Positions 13,601-28,443 of a stretch of DNA of 64,000 nt are shown one piece after another. The position numbers were made by a program, and so were the translations under genes. This DNA comes from the human T2T-CHM13v2.0 reference genome, Homo sapiens. How positions within the stretch are numbered: position 1 is the stretch's first letter; the number at the start of each line of letters is the position of its first letter. Where the stretch lies: assembly GCF_009914755.1 (NCBI RefSeq), contig NC_060948.1; one strand, given 5' to 3'. The notes beneath the pieces are model-generated. The model saw only the letters and a list, made by a program, of their open reading frames with translations. It ran no database searches and was not told where the DNA came from.

Positions 13601-14202
13601 AAAGGAATTGACTCCAATGGAATGGAATCGAATGGAATGGAAGTGAATAGAATCGAACTAAATCGAATGGAATGGAATTGATAGGAACGGAATGGAAAGG
13701 AATGCAATGATTTGGCATGGAATGGAATCGAATGGCATCGAATGGAATGGAATGGAATGCAATGGAATGGAATGTATTAGAATGTAATGAACTTTAATGG
13801 AATGTACTCGAATGGATTCGACTGGAATGGAATGTTCTCGAAGTGAATGGACTCCAATGGAATGGATTCGAAAGGAATGGAATCTAATGGAATGGAATTA
13901 AATGGAAATGAATCAAATTGAATAGCACGGAATTGAATTGAATGGAATCGAATGCAATGGAATCTAATGAAACGGAAAGGAAAGGAATGGAATGGATTGG
14001 AATGGAATGGGCTGGAATGGAATGGAATCGAAACGAATGGAATGGAATCGAACTGAAGAGACTGGAATGGAATGCACTGGAATTGAAGGGAATGTAATGG
14101 AAGGTTCTCGAAAAAAAATGGAATCGAAAGGAATGGAATTGAATGGAACGGAATAGAGTCGAATGGAATTCAATGGAATGGAATGGACTAGAGTGAAATG
14201 GA
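10648..14202 (+). repeat. DYZ1 unit U4 (3555 bp), variant B
   Basis: Landmark at 10648; AAACTAAAGG, ACAGACAGC, GGAATACAAAGG shared with U7; A8 instead of A7 at 14111-14118. Confidence 0.95.
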
Positions 14203-17200
14203 ATCGAACCACAAGGAATGGACAGGAATAGAATGGTCTCGAATTGAATGGAATCGTATGGAATGGCATCAAACGGAATGGAATGGACAGCCACGGAATG
14301 GAATGGACAGCCATGGAATGGAATGCACTCGAATGCAATGGAGTCGACACTAATGGACTGGAATAGAATGGACTCGACTGGTACGGACTCCAATGGAATG
14401 GTATCGAATGGAAGGGAATCGAACGGAATGGACTCGAAGGGAAAAGACTGCAATGGAAAGGTCTCGAATGGAATGGAAATTAATGGAATGGAATGGAATC
14501 GAATGAAATGGAGTCAAAAGGAATGGAATCGAATGTCAAGAAATCGAATGTAATGGAATCGCAAGGAATTGATGTGAACGGAACGGAATGGAATGGAATC
14601 CAAAGGAATGGAATAGAATGGAATGGAATCGAATGGAAAGGACTCGAATGGAAATCACTCGAATAGAATGCAATTTAATAAAATAGGATCAAATGTAATG
14701 GAATGGAATGGAAAGGAATCGAAACGAAAGGAAAGGAGACAGATGGAATGGAATGGAACAGAGAGCAATGGTATAGAATGGAATGGAATCATCTGGAATG
14801 GAATTGAATGGAATGGAATAATATGAAATGGAAAGGAATGGAATGGAATGCCCTTGAATTAAATGGACTGGAATGGAATGGACTCGAACAGAGTGGAATG
14901 GAAAGTGTTGAAATAGAATGGAATGGACTCGTTTGGAATGGTCTAGTATGCAATGCAATCGACTGGCAGGGAATCAAAAGGAATGTAATCGAATGGATTG
15001 GACTGGAATGCAATGGACTCGAATAGATTGGAAACGGAAAGCAAAGGAATGGAATGGAATAGTATGGAATGGAATGGAAAGGAATGGAGTGGAATAGACT
15101 AGAGTGGAATGGAATGGACTCGAAAGCAATGGACTGGAATGGAACTTTCTTGAATGGACTGGAATCAAACGGAATGGAATGCAATGCAATCAAATGGCAT
15201 GGAATAAAATAGAATGAAAGAGAATGAAATGGAATTGAATCGAATGGAATCGAATGGATTGGAAAGGAATAGAATGGAATGGAATGGAATTGACTCAAAT
15301 GGAATGGACTAGAATGGAATGGATTCGAATGGAAGGCAAAGGAATGGAATCTATTGGAATGGACTGTAATGGAATGGAATGGAAGGGATTGGAATGGACT
15401 CGAATGGAATGGACTGCAATAGAAAGGATTCGAATGGAATGAAAAAGAATTGAATGGAATAGAACAGAATGGAATCAAATCGAATGAAATGGAATGGAAT
15501 AGAAAGGAATGGAATGAAATGGAATGGAAAGGATTCGAATGGAATGGAATCGAACGGAATGGAATAAAATGGAAGAAAACTGGCAAGAAATGGAATCGAA
15601 ATGAATGGAGTGTTATGGAACGGACTCAAAAGGAATTGAATGTAATAGAATGGAGTGGAGTGGACTCGAATATAATGGACTGGAATGGAATGAAATCACA
15701 TGGAATGGGAACGAATGGAATGGAATGGAAAGGAATGGAATCGAATGGAAAGGAATCGAATGGAAGGGAATGAAATTGAATCAACAGGAATGGAAGGGAA
15801 TAGAATAGACGGTAATGGAATGGACTCGAATTGAATGGACACGAATGCTCAAATTGAATGGACTCGACTGGAATGGAAACGAAAGGAATGTCATCGAATG
15901 GAATTGAATCGATTGGAATGAAATCGCATAGAATGGAGTGGAATCAAATGGAATTGAATCGAAAGGAAAGGAAGCGAATGGACTGAAATGAAATGGAATG
16001 GAATTGAATGGAAAGTAATGCAATGGAATAGAATGGAACGAAATTTCACGGAATGGAATCAAACTGAATGGAATCAAATCAATGGAATCAAATCAAATGG
16101 AATGGAAAGGAATTGAATGGAGTAGATTGGATTCGATGGGATTGGAATGAAATGTACTGGAAAGGACTCGAATTTCATGAAACGGAATGGAATGAATTGG
16201 AACGGAATGGACTCGAATGGAATGGAATGTCATGGAATGGCATCAAATGGAATGGCATCAAATGGAATGGAATCGAATGCAATGGAATGCTATGGAATGG
16301 AATGGAATGCATTGGAATGGAATGTCCTCTAATGGAATGGATTCGAGTGGAATGGAATCGAATATAATGGAGTCGAATGAAATGGAATTGAAAGGAGTGG
16401 GATCGAATACAATGGAATATACTGGAATGTAATGTAATGAACTCGAATGTAATTGACTGGAATGGAATGTACATGAATGGAATGTAATCCAATGGAAAGT
16501 AATCCAATAGAATAGAATCTAATGCAATAAAACCGACTCAGATAGAGTAGAATGTAATGGAATGGAGTGCAGTGCAATGGAATGGAATGGAATGGAATGC
16601 AATGGAATGGAATGGAATGGAATGGAATGGAATGGAATGGGATGGAATGGGATGGAATGGATAGTAATGGACTGGAGTGAAATGGACTGGAAAGGAATGG
16701 ACTCAAATTGAAAGGGCTCGAAAGGAATGGAGTCAAATGGAATGGTCTGGAATGGAATGAACACGAATGTAATGCAATCCAATAGAACGGAATCGAATGG
16801 CATGGAATATAAAGAAATGGAATCGAAGAGAATGGAAACAAATGGAATGGAATTCAATGGAATGGAATTGAATGGAATGGGAACGAATGGAGTGAAATTG
16901 TATGCAGTAGAAGGGAATAGAATGGAATGCAAGCGAAAGGAAAGGAATGGATTGGAATGGAATGGAATTCATTGGAATGGAAGGGAATGTAGTGTAATGG
17001 ACAGGCCTGGAATAAAGTGGAATGCTACGGTCTCGAATGGAATAAAAATGTATGGAATGGAATGCAATGAAACGGAATCGAATGTCATAGAATGTAATGG
17101 AATGCAAAAAAATGGAATCCAAAATCATTGACTGGAAAGGCTGTGTGGCGAAAGGAATTGACTCCAATGGAATGGAATCGAATGGAATGGAAGTGAATAG

Positions 17201-17761
17201 AATCGAACTAAATCGAATGGAATGGAATTGATAGGAACGGAATGGAAAGGAATGCAATGATTTGGCATGGAATGGAATCGAATGGCATCGAATGAAATGC
17301 AATGGAATGCAATGGAATGGAATGTATTAGAATGTAATGAACTTTAATGGAATGTACTCGAATGGATTCGACTGGAATGGAATGTTCTGGAAGTGAATGG
17401 ACTCCAATGGAATGGATTCAAAAGGAATGGAATCGTACGGAATGGAATCTAATGGAATGGAATTAAATGGAAGTGAATCAAATTGAATAGCACGGAATTG
17501 AATTGAATGGAATGGAATGCAACGGAATCTAATGAAACGGAAAGGAAAGGAATGGAATGGAATGGAATGGGCTGGAATGGAAAGGAATCGAAACGAATGG
17601 AATGCAATCGAACTGAAGAGACTGGAATGGAATGCACTGGAATGGAAGGGAGTTTAATGGAAGTTTCCCGAAAAAAATGGAATCGAATGGAATGGAATTG
17701 AATGGAACGGAATAGAGTCGAATGGAATTGAATGGAATGGAATGGACTAGAGTGAAATGGA
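14203..17761 (+). repeat. DYZ1 unit U5 (3559 bp)
   Basis: Landmark at 14203; 20 bp duplication, GTCGAC and GCTGTGTGGCG shared with U8. Confidence 0.95.
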
Positions 17762-20700
17762 ATCGAACCACAAGGAATGGACAGGAATAGAATGGTCTCG
17801 AATTGAATGGAATCGTATGGAATGGCATCAAACGGAATGGAATGGACAGCCACGGAATGGAATGCACTCGAATGCAATGGAGTCGAAACTAATGGACTGG
17901 AATAGAATGGACTCGACTGGTACGGACTCCAATGGAATGGAATTGAATGGAAGGGAATCGAACGGAATGGACTCGAGGGGAAAAGACTGCAATGGAAAGG
18001 TCTCGAATGGAATGGAAATTAATGGAATGGAATGGAATCGAATGAAATGGAGTCAAAAGGAATGGAATCGAATGGCAAGAAATCGAATGTAATGGAATCG
18101 CAAGGAATTGATGTGAATGGAGCGGAATGGAATGGAATCCAAAGGAATGGAATCGAATGGAAAGGACTCGAATGGAAATCACTCGAATAGAATGCAATTT
18201 AATAAAATAGGATCAAATTTAATGGAATGGAATGGAAAGGAATCGAAACGAAAGGAATGGAGACAGATGGAATGGAATGGAACAGAGAGCAATGGTATAG
18301 AATGGAATGGAATCATCTGGAATGGAATTGAATGGAATGGAATAATATGAAATGGAATGGAATGGAATGGAATGGAATGCCCTTGAATTAAATGGACTGG
18401 AATGGAATGGACTCGAACAGAGTGGAATGGAAAGTGTTGAGATAGAATGGAATGGACTCCTTTGGAATGGTGTAGTATGCAATGCAATCGACTGGCAGGG
18501 AATCAAAAGGAATGTAATGGAATGGATTGGACTGGAATGCAATGGACTCGAATAGATTGGAAACGGAATGCAAAGGAATGGAATGGAATAGGATGGAATG
18601 GAATGGAAAGGAATGGAGTGGAATAGACTAGAGTGGAATGGAATGGACTGGAAAGCAATGGACTGGAATGGAACTTTCTTGAATGGACTGGAATCAAACG
18701 GAATAGAATGCAATGCAATCAAATGGCATGGAATAAAATAGAATGAAAGAGAATCAAATGGAATTGAATCGAATGGAATCGAATGGATTGGAAAGGAATA
18801 GAATGGAATGGAATGGAATTGTCTCAAATGGAATGGATTCGAATGGAATGGATTCGAATGGAAGGCAAAGGAATGGAATCTATTGGAATGGACTGTAATG
18901 GAATGGAATGGAATGGAATGGAAAGGATTGGAATGGACTCGAATGGAATGGACTGCAATAGAAAGGATTCGAATGGAATGAAAAAGAATTGAATGGAATA
19001 GAACAGAATGGAATCAAATCGAATGAAATGGAATGGAATAGAAAGGAATGGAATGAAATGGAATGGAAAGGATTCGAATGGAATGCAATCGAATGGAATG
19101 GAATCGAACAGAATGGAATAAAATGGAAGAAAACTGGCAAGAAATGGAATCGAAATGAATGGAGTGTTATGGAACGGACTCAAAAGGAATTGAATGTAAT
19201 AGAATGGAGTGGAGTGGACTCGAATATAATGGACTGGAATGGAATGAAATCACATGGAATGGGAACGAATGGAATGGAATGGAAAGGAATGGAATCGAAT
19301 GGAAAGGAATCGAATGGAAGGGAATGAAATTGAATCAACAGGAATGGAAGGGAATAGAATAGACGGTAATGGAATGGACTCGAATAGAATGGACACGAAT
19401 GCTCAAATTGAATGGACTCGAATGGAATGGAAACGAAAGGAATGTCATCGAATGGAATTGAATGGATTGGAATGAAATCGCATAGAATGGAGTGGAATCA
19501 AATGGAATTGAATCGAAAGGAAAGGAAGCGAATGGACTGAAATGAAATGGAATGGAATTGAATGGAAAGTAATGCAATGGAATAGAATGGAAGGAAATTT
19601 CACGGAATGGAATCAAACTGAATGGAATCAAATCAATGGAATCTAATCAAATGGAATGGAAAGGAATTGAATGGAGTAGATTGGATTGGATGGGATTGGA
19701 ATGAAATGTACTGGAAAGGACTCGAATTTCATGAAACGGAATGGAATGAATTGGAACGGAATGGACTCGAATGGAATGGAATGTCATGGAATGGCATCAA
19801 ATGGAATGGCATCAAATGGAATGGAATCGAATGCAATGGAATGCTATGGAATGGAATGGAATGCATTGGAATGGAATGTCCTCTAATGGAATGGATTCGA
19901 GTGGAATGGAATCGAATATAATGGAGTCGAATGAAATGGAATTGAAAGGAATGGGATCGAATAGAATGGAATATACTGGAATGTAATGTAATGAACTCGA
20001 ATGTAATTGACTGGAATGGAATGTACATGAATGGAATGTAATCGAATGGAAAGTAATCCAATGGAATAGAATCTAATGCAATAAAATCGACTCAGATAAA
20101 GTAGAATGTAATAGAATGGAGTGCAGTGCAATGGAATGGAATGGAATGGAATGCAATGGAATGGAAGGCAATGGAATGGAATGGAATGGAATGGAATGGA
20201 ATGGGATGGAATGGTATGGAATGGATAGTAATGGACTGGAGTGAAATGGACTGGAAAGGAATGGACTCAAATTGAAAGGGCTCGAAAGGAATGGAGTCAA
20301 ATGGAATGGTCTGGAATGGAATGAACACGAATGTAATGCAATCCAATAGAATGGAATCGAATGGCATGGAATATAAAGAAATGGAATCGAAGAGAATGGA
20401 AACAAATGGAATGGAATTGAATGGAATGGAATTGAATGGAATGGGAACGAATGGAGTGAAATTGTATGCAGTAGAAGGGAATAGAATGGAATGCAAGCGA
20501 AAGGAAAGGAATGGATTGGAATGGAATGGAATTCATTGGAATGGAAGGGAATGTAGTGTAATGGACAGGCCTGGAATAAAGTGGAATGCTACGGTCTCGA
20601 ATGGAATAAAAATGTATGGAATGGAATGCAATGAAACGGAATCGAATGTCATAGAATGTAATGGAATGCAAAAAAATGGAATCCAAAATCATTGACTGGA

Positions 20701-21325
20701 AAGGCTGGGTGTCGAAAGGAATTGACTCCAATGGAATGGAATCGAATGGAATGGAAGTGAATAGAATCGAACTAAATCGAATGGAATGGAATTGATAGGA
20801 ACGGAATGGAAAAGAATGCAATGATTTGGCATGGAATGGAATCGAATGGCATCGAATGGAATGGAATGGAATGCAATGGAATGGAATGTATTAGAATGTA
20901 ATGAACTTTAATGGAATGTACTCGAATGGATTCGACTGGAATGGAATGTTCTGGAAGTGAATGGACTCCAATGGAATGGATTCAAAAGGAATGGAATCGT
21001 ACGGAATGGAAACTAATGGAATGGAATTAAATGGAAATGAATCAAATTGAATAGCACGGAATTGAATTGAATGGAATCGAATGCAATGGAATCTAATGAA
21101 ACGGAAAGGAAAGGAATGGAATGGAATGGAATGGGCTGGAATGGAACGGAATCGAAACGAATGGAATGGAATCGAACTGAAGAGACTGGAATGGAATGCA
21201 CTGGAATGGAAGGGAGTGTAATGGAAGGTTCTCGAAAAAAGTGGAATCGAATGGAATGGAATTGAATGGAACGGAATAGAGTCGAATGGAATTGAATGGA
21301 ATGGAATGGACTAGAGTGAAATGGA
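17762..21325 (+). repeat. DYZ1 unit U6 (3564 bp)
   Basis: Landmark at 17762; many private variants; 3' end matches the 3' end of U3. Confidence 0.95.
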
Positions 21326-24300
21326 ATCGAACCACAAGGAATGGACAGGAATAGAATGGTCTCGAATTGAATGGAATCGTATGGAATGGCATCAAACGGA
21401 ATGGAATGGACAGCCACGGAATGGAATGCACTCGAATGCAATGGAGTCGAAACTAAAGGACTGGAATAGAATGGACTCGACTGGTACGGACTCCAATGGA
21501 ATGGAATCGAATGGAAGGGAATCGAACGGAATGGACTCGAAGGGAAAAGACTGCAATGGAAAGGTCTCGAATGGAATGGAAATTAATGGAATGGAATGGA
21601 ATCGAATGAAATGGAGTCAAAAGGAATGGAATCGAATGGCAAGAAATCGAATGTAATGGAATCGCAAGGAATTGATGTGAACGGAACGGAATGGAATGGA
21701 ATCCAAAGGAATGGAATAGAATGGAATGGAATCGAATGGAAAGGACTCGAATGGAAATCACTCGAATAGAATGCAATTTAATAAAATAGGATCAAATGTA
21801 ATGGAATGGAATGGAAAGGAATCGAATCGAAAGGAATGGAGACAGATGGAATGGAATGGAACAGACAGCAATGGTATAGAATGGAATGGAATCATCTGGA
21901 ATGGAATTGAATGGAATGGAATAATATGAAATGGAATGGAATGGAATGGAATGGAATGCCCTTGAATTAAATGGACTGGAATGGAATGGACTCGAACAGA
22001 GTGGAATGGAAAGTGTTGAAATAGAATGGAATGGACTCGTTTGGAATGGTCTAGTATGCAATGCAATCGACTGGCAGGGAATCAAAAGGAATGTAATGGA
22101 ATGGATTGGACTGGAATGCAATGGACTCGAATAGATTGGAAACGGAATACAAAGGAATGGAATGGAATAGTAGGGAATGGAATGGAAAGGAATGGAGTGG
22201 AATAGACTAGAGTGGAATGGAATGGACTGGAAAGCAATGGACTGGAATGGAACTTTCTTGAATGGACTGGAATCAAACGGAATGGAATGCAATGCAATCA
22301 AATGGCATGGAATAAAATAGAATGAAAGAGAATCAAATGGAATTGAATCGAATGGAATAGAATGGATTGGAAAGGAATAGAATGGAATGGAATGGAATTG
22401 ACTCAAATGGAATGGACTAGAATGGAATGGATTCGAATGGAAGGCAAAGGAATGGAATCTATTGGAATGGACTGTAATGGAATGGAATGGAAGGGATTGG
22501 AATGGACTCGAATGGAATGGACTGCAATAGAAAGGATTCGAATGGAATGAAAAAGAATTGAATGGAATAGAACAGAATGGAATCAAATCGAATGAAATGG
22601 AATGGAATAGAAAGGAATGGAATGAAATGGAATGGAAAGGATTCGAATGGAATGCAATCGAATGGAATGAAATCGAATGGAATGGAATCGAACGGAATGG
22701 AATAAAATGGAAGAAAACTGGCAAGAAATGGAGTCGAAATGAATGGATTGTTATGGAACGGACTCAAAAGGAATTGAATGTAATAGAATGGAGTGGAGTG
22801 GACTCGAATATAATGGACTGGAATGGAATGAAATCACATGGAATGGGAACGAATGGAATGGAATGGAAATGAATGGAATCGAATGGAAAGGAATCGAATG
22901 GAAGGGAATGAAATTGAATCAACAGGAATGGAAGGGAGTAGAATAGACGGTAATGGAATGGACTCGAATAGAATGGACACGAATGCTCAAATTGAATGGA
23001 CTCGAATGGAATGGAAACGAAAGGAATGTCATCGAATGGAATTGAATCGATTGGAATGAAATCACATAGAATGGAGTGGAATCAAATGGAATTGAATCGA
23101 AAGGAAAGGAAGCGAATGGACTGAAATGAAATGGAATGGAATTGAATGGAAATTAATGCAATGGAATAGAATGGAACGAAATTTCACGGAATGGAATCAA
23201 ACTGAATGGAATCAAATCAATGGAATCAAATCAAATGGAATGGAAAGGAATTGAATGGAGTAGATTGGATTGGATGGGATTGGAATGAAATGTACTGGAA
23301 AGGACTCGAATTTCATGAAACGGAATGGAATGAATTAGAACGGAATGGACCTGAATGGAATGGAATGTCATGGAATGGCATCAAATGGAATGGAATCGAA
23401 TGCGATGGAATGCTATGGAATGGAATGGAATGCATTGGAATGGAATGTCCTCTAATGGAATGTATTCGAGTGGAATGGAATCGAATATAATGGAGTCTAA
23501 TGAAAGGGAATTGAAAGGAATGGGACCGAATACAATGGAATATACTGGAATGTAATGTAATGAACTCGAATGTAATTGACTGGAATGGAATGTACATGAA
23601 TGGAATGTAATCGAATGGAAAGCAATCCAATGGAATAGAATCTAATGCAATAAAATGGACTCAAATAGAGTAGAATGTAATGGAATGGAGTGCAGTGCAA
23701 TGGAATGGAATGGAATGGAATGCAATGGAATGGAATGGAATGGAATGGAATGGAATGGGATGGAATGGTATGGAATGGATAGTAATGGACTGGAGTGAAA
23801 TGGACTGGAAAAGAATGGACTCAAATTGAAAGGGCTCGAAAGGAATGGAGTCAAATGGAATGGTCTGGAATGGAATGAACATGAATGTAATGCAATCCAA
23901 TAGAATGGAATCGAATGGCATGGAATATAAAGAAATGGAATCGAAGAGAATGGAAACAAATGGAATGGAATTGAATGGAATGGAATTGAATGGAATGGGA
24001 ACGAATGGAGTGAAATTGTATGCAGTAGAAGAGAATAGAATGGAATGCAAGCGAAAGGAAAGGAATGGATTGGAATGGAATGGAATTCATTGGAATGGAA
24101 GGGAATGTAGTGTAATGGACAGGCCTGGAATAAAGTGGAATGCTACGGTCTCGAATGGAATAAAAATGTATGGAATGGAATGCAATGAAACGGAATCGAA
24201 TGTCATAGAATGTAATGGAATGCAAAAAAATGGAATCCAAAATCATTGACTGGAAAGGCTGGGTGTCGAAAGGAATTGACTCCAATGGAATGGAATCGAA

Positions 24301-24869
24301 TGGAATGGAAGTGAATAGAATCGAACTAAATCGAATGGAATGGAATTGATAGGAACGGAATGGAAAGGAATGCAATGATTTGGCATGGAATGGAATCGAA
24401 TGGCATCGAATGGAATGGAATGGAATGCAATGGAATGGAATGTATTAGAATGTAATGAACTTTAATGGAATGTACTCGAATGGATTCGACTGGAATGGAA
24501 TGTTCTCGAAGTGAATGGACTCCAATGGAATGGATTCGAAAGGAATGGAATCTAATGGAATGGAATTAAATGGAAATGAATCAAATTGAATAGAACGGAA
24601 TTGAATTGAATGGAATCGAATGCAATGGAATCTAATGAAACGGAAAGGAAAGGAATGGAATGGATTGGAATGGAATGGGCTGGAATGGAATGGAATCGAA
24701 ACGAATGGAATGGAATCGAACTGAAGAGACTGGAATGGAATGCACTGGAATGGAAGGGAATGTAATGGAAGGTTCTCGAAAAAAATGGAATCGAAAGGAA
24801 TGGAATTGAATGGAACGGAATAGAGTCGAATGGAATTCAATGGAATGGAATGGACTAGAGTGAAATGGA
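21326..24869 (+). repeat. DYZ1 unit U7 (3544 bp), variant B
   Basis: Landmark at 21326; near-copy of U4. Confidence 0.95.
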
Positions 24870-27800
24870 ATCGAACCACAAGGAATGGACAGGAATAGAA
24901 TGGTCTCGAATTGAATGGAATCGTATGGAATGGCATCAAACGGAATGGAATGGACAGCCACGGAATGGAATGGACAGCCACGGAATGGAATGCACTCGAA
25001 TGCAATGGAGTCGACACTAATGGACTGGAATAGAATGGACTCGACTGCTACGGACTCCAATGGAATGGAATCGAATGGAAGGGAATCGAACGGAATGGAC
25101 TCGAAGGGAAAAGACTGCAATGGAAAGGTCTCGAATGGAATGGAAATTAATGGAATGGAATGGAATCGAATGAAATGGAGTCAAAAGGAATGGAATCGAA
25201 TGTCAAGAAATCGAATGTAATGGAATCGCAAGGAATTGATGTGAACGGAACGGAATGGAATGGAATCCAAAGGAATGGAATAGAATGGAATGGAATCGAA
25301 TGGAAAGGACTCGAATGGAAATCACTCGAATAGAATGCAATTTAATAAAATAGGATCAAATGTAATGGAATGGAATGGAAAGGAATCGAAACGAAAGGAA
25401 AGGAGACAGATGGAATGGAATGGAACAGAGAGCAATGGTATAGAATGGAATGGAATCATCTGGAATGGAATTGAATGGAATGGAATAATATGAAATGGAA
25501 AGGAATGGAATGGAATGCCCTTGAATTAAATGGACTGGAATGGAATGGACTCGAACAGAGTGGAATGGAAAGTGTTGAAATAGAATGGAATGGACTCGTT
25601 TGGAATGGTCTAGTATGCAATGCAATCGACTGGCAGGGAATCAAAAGGAATGTAATCGAATGGATTGGACTGGAATGCAATGGACTCGAATAGATTGGAA
25701 ACGGAAAGCAAAGGAATGGAATGGAATAGTATGGAATGGAATGGAAAGGAATGGAGTGGAATAGACTAGAGTGGAATGGAATGGACTCGAAAGCAATGGA
25801 CTGGAATGGAACTTTCTTGAATGGACTGGAATCAAACGGAATGGAATGCAATGCAATCAAATGGCATGGAATAAAATAGAATGAAAGAGAATGAAATGGA
25901 ATTGAATCGAATGGAATCGAATGGATTGGAAAGGAATAGAATGGAATGGAATGGAATTGACTCAAATGGAATGGACTAGAATGGAATGGATTCGAATGGA
26001 AGGCAAAGGAATGGAATCTATTGGAATGGACTGTAATGGAATGGAATGGAAGGGATTGGAATGGACTCGAATGGAATGGACTGCAATAGAAAGGATTCGA
26101 ATGGAATGAAAAAGAATTGAATGGAATAGAACAGAATGGAATCAAATCGAATGAAATGGAATGGAATAGAAAGGAATGGAATGAAATGGAATGGAAAGGA
26201 TTCGAATGGAATGCAATCGAATGGAATGGAATCGAACGGAATGGAATAAAATGGAAGAAAACTGGCAAGAAATGGAATCGAAATGAATGGAGTGTTATGG
26301 AACGGACTCAAAAGGAATTGAATGTAATAGAATGGAGTGGAGTGGACTCGAATATAATGGACTGGAATGGAATGAAATCACATGGAATGGGAACGAATGG
26401 AATGGAATGGAAAGGAATGGAATCGAATGGAAAGGAATCGAATGGAAGGGAATGAAATTGAATCAACAGGAATGGAAGGGAATAGAATAGACGGTAATGG
26501 AATGGACTCGAATTGAATGGACACGAATGCTCAAATTGAATGGACTCGAATGGAATGGAAACGAAAGGAATGTCATCGAATGGAATTGAATGGATTGGAA
26601 TGAAATCGCATAGAATGGAGTGGAATCAAATGGAATTGAATCGAAAGGAAAGGAAGCGAATGGACTGAAATGAAATGGAATGGAATTGAATGGAAAGTAA
26701 TGCAATGGAATAGAATGGAACGAAATTTCACGGAATGGAATCAAACTGAATGGAATCAAATCAATGGAATCAAATCAAATGGAATGGAAAGGAATTGAAT
26801 GGAGTAGATTGGATTCGATGGGATTGGAATGAAATGTACTGGAAAGGACTCGAATTTCATGAAACGGAATGGAATGAATTGGAACGGAATGGACTCGAAT
26901 GGAATGGAATGTCATGGAATGGCATCAAATGGAATGGCATCAAATGGAATGGAATCGAATGCAATGGAATGCTATGGAATGGAATGGAATGCATTGGAAT
27001 GGAATGTCCTCTAATGGAATGGATTCGAGTGGAATGGAATCGAATATAATGGAGTCGAATGAAATGGAATTGAAAGGAGTGGGATCGAATACAATGGAAT
27101 ATACTGGAATGTAATGTAATGAACTCGAATGTAATTGACTGGAATGGAATGTACATGAATGGAATGTAATCCAATGGAAAGTAATCCAATAGAATAGAAT
27201 CTAATGCAATAAAACCGACTCAGATAGAGTAGAATGTAATGGAATGGAGTGCAGTGCAATGGAATGGAATGGAATGGAATGCAATGGAATGGAATGGAAT
27301 GGAATGGAATGGAATGGAATGGGATGGAATGGGATGGAATGGATAGTAATGGACTGGAGTGAAATGGACTGGAAAGGAATGGACTCAAATTGAAAGGGCT
27401 CGAAAGGAATGGAGTCAAATGGAATGGTCTGGAATGGAATGAACACGAATGTAATGCAATCCAATAGAACGGAATCGAATGGCATGGAATATAAAGAAAT
27501 GGAATCGAAGAGAATGGAAACAAATGGAATGGAATTGAATGGAATGGAATTGAATGGAATGGGAACGAATGGAGTGAAATTGTATGCAGTAGAAGGGAAT
27601 AGAATGGAATGCAAGCGAAAGGAAAGGAATGGATTGGAATGGAATGGAATTCATTGGAATGGAAGGGAATGTAGTGTAATGGACAGGCCTGGAATAAAGT
27701 GGAATGCTACGGTCTCGAATGGAATAAAAATGTATGGAATGGAATGCAATGAAACGGAATCGAATGTCATAGAATGTAATGGAATGCAAAAAAATGGAAT

Positions 27801-28443
27801 CCAAAATCATTGACTGGAAAGGCTGTGTGGCGAAAGGAATTGACTCCAATGGAATGGAATCGAATGGAATGGAAGTGAATAGAATCGAACTAAATCGAAT
27901 GGAATGGAATTGATAGGAACGGAATGGAAAGGAATGCAATGATTTGGCATGGAATGGAATCGAATGGCATCGAATGGAATGGAATGGAATGCAATGGAAT
28001 GGAATGTATTAGAATGTAATGAACTTTAATGGAATGTACTCGAATGGATTCGACTGGAATGGAATGTTCTGGAAGTGAATGGACTCCAATGGAATGGATT
28101 CAAAAGGAATGGAATCGTACGGAATGGAATCTAATGGAATGGAATTAAATGGAAATGAATCAAATTGAATAGCACGGAATTGAATTGAATGGAATGGAAT
28201 GCAACGGAATCTAATGAAACGGAAAGGAAAGGAATGGAATGGAATGGAATGGGCTGGAATGGAAAGGAATCGAAACGAATGGAATGGAATCGAACTGAAG
28301 AGACTGGAATGGAATGCACTGGAATGGAAGGGAGTTTAATGGAAGGTTCCCGAAAAAAATGGAATCGAATGGAATGGAATTGAATGGAACGGAATAGAGT
28401 CGAATGGAATTGAATGGAATGGAATGGACTAGAGTGAAATGGA
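24870..28443 (+). repeat. DYZ1 unit U8 (3574 bp)
   Basis: Landmark at 24870; near-copy of U5. Confidence 0.95.

Noticed and set aside
14111-14118. A8 instead of A7 in U4 (length 0 mod 5)
   Set aside because: A single homopolymer difference absent from the sister copy U7; it may be a sequencing or consensus error.
19630-19690. DUX4-like (GAATCTAATCA) and CCAAT-box-like (ATTGG) motifs
   Set aside because: Imperfect or very short matches expected from pentamer variants; the DUX4-like form is present in only some units.
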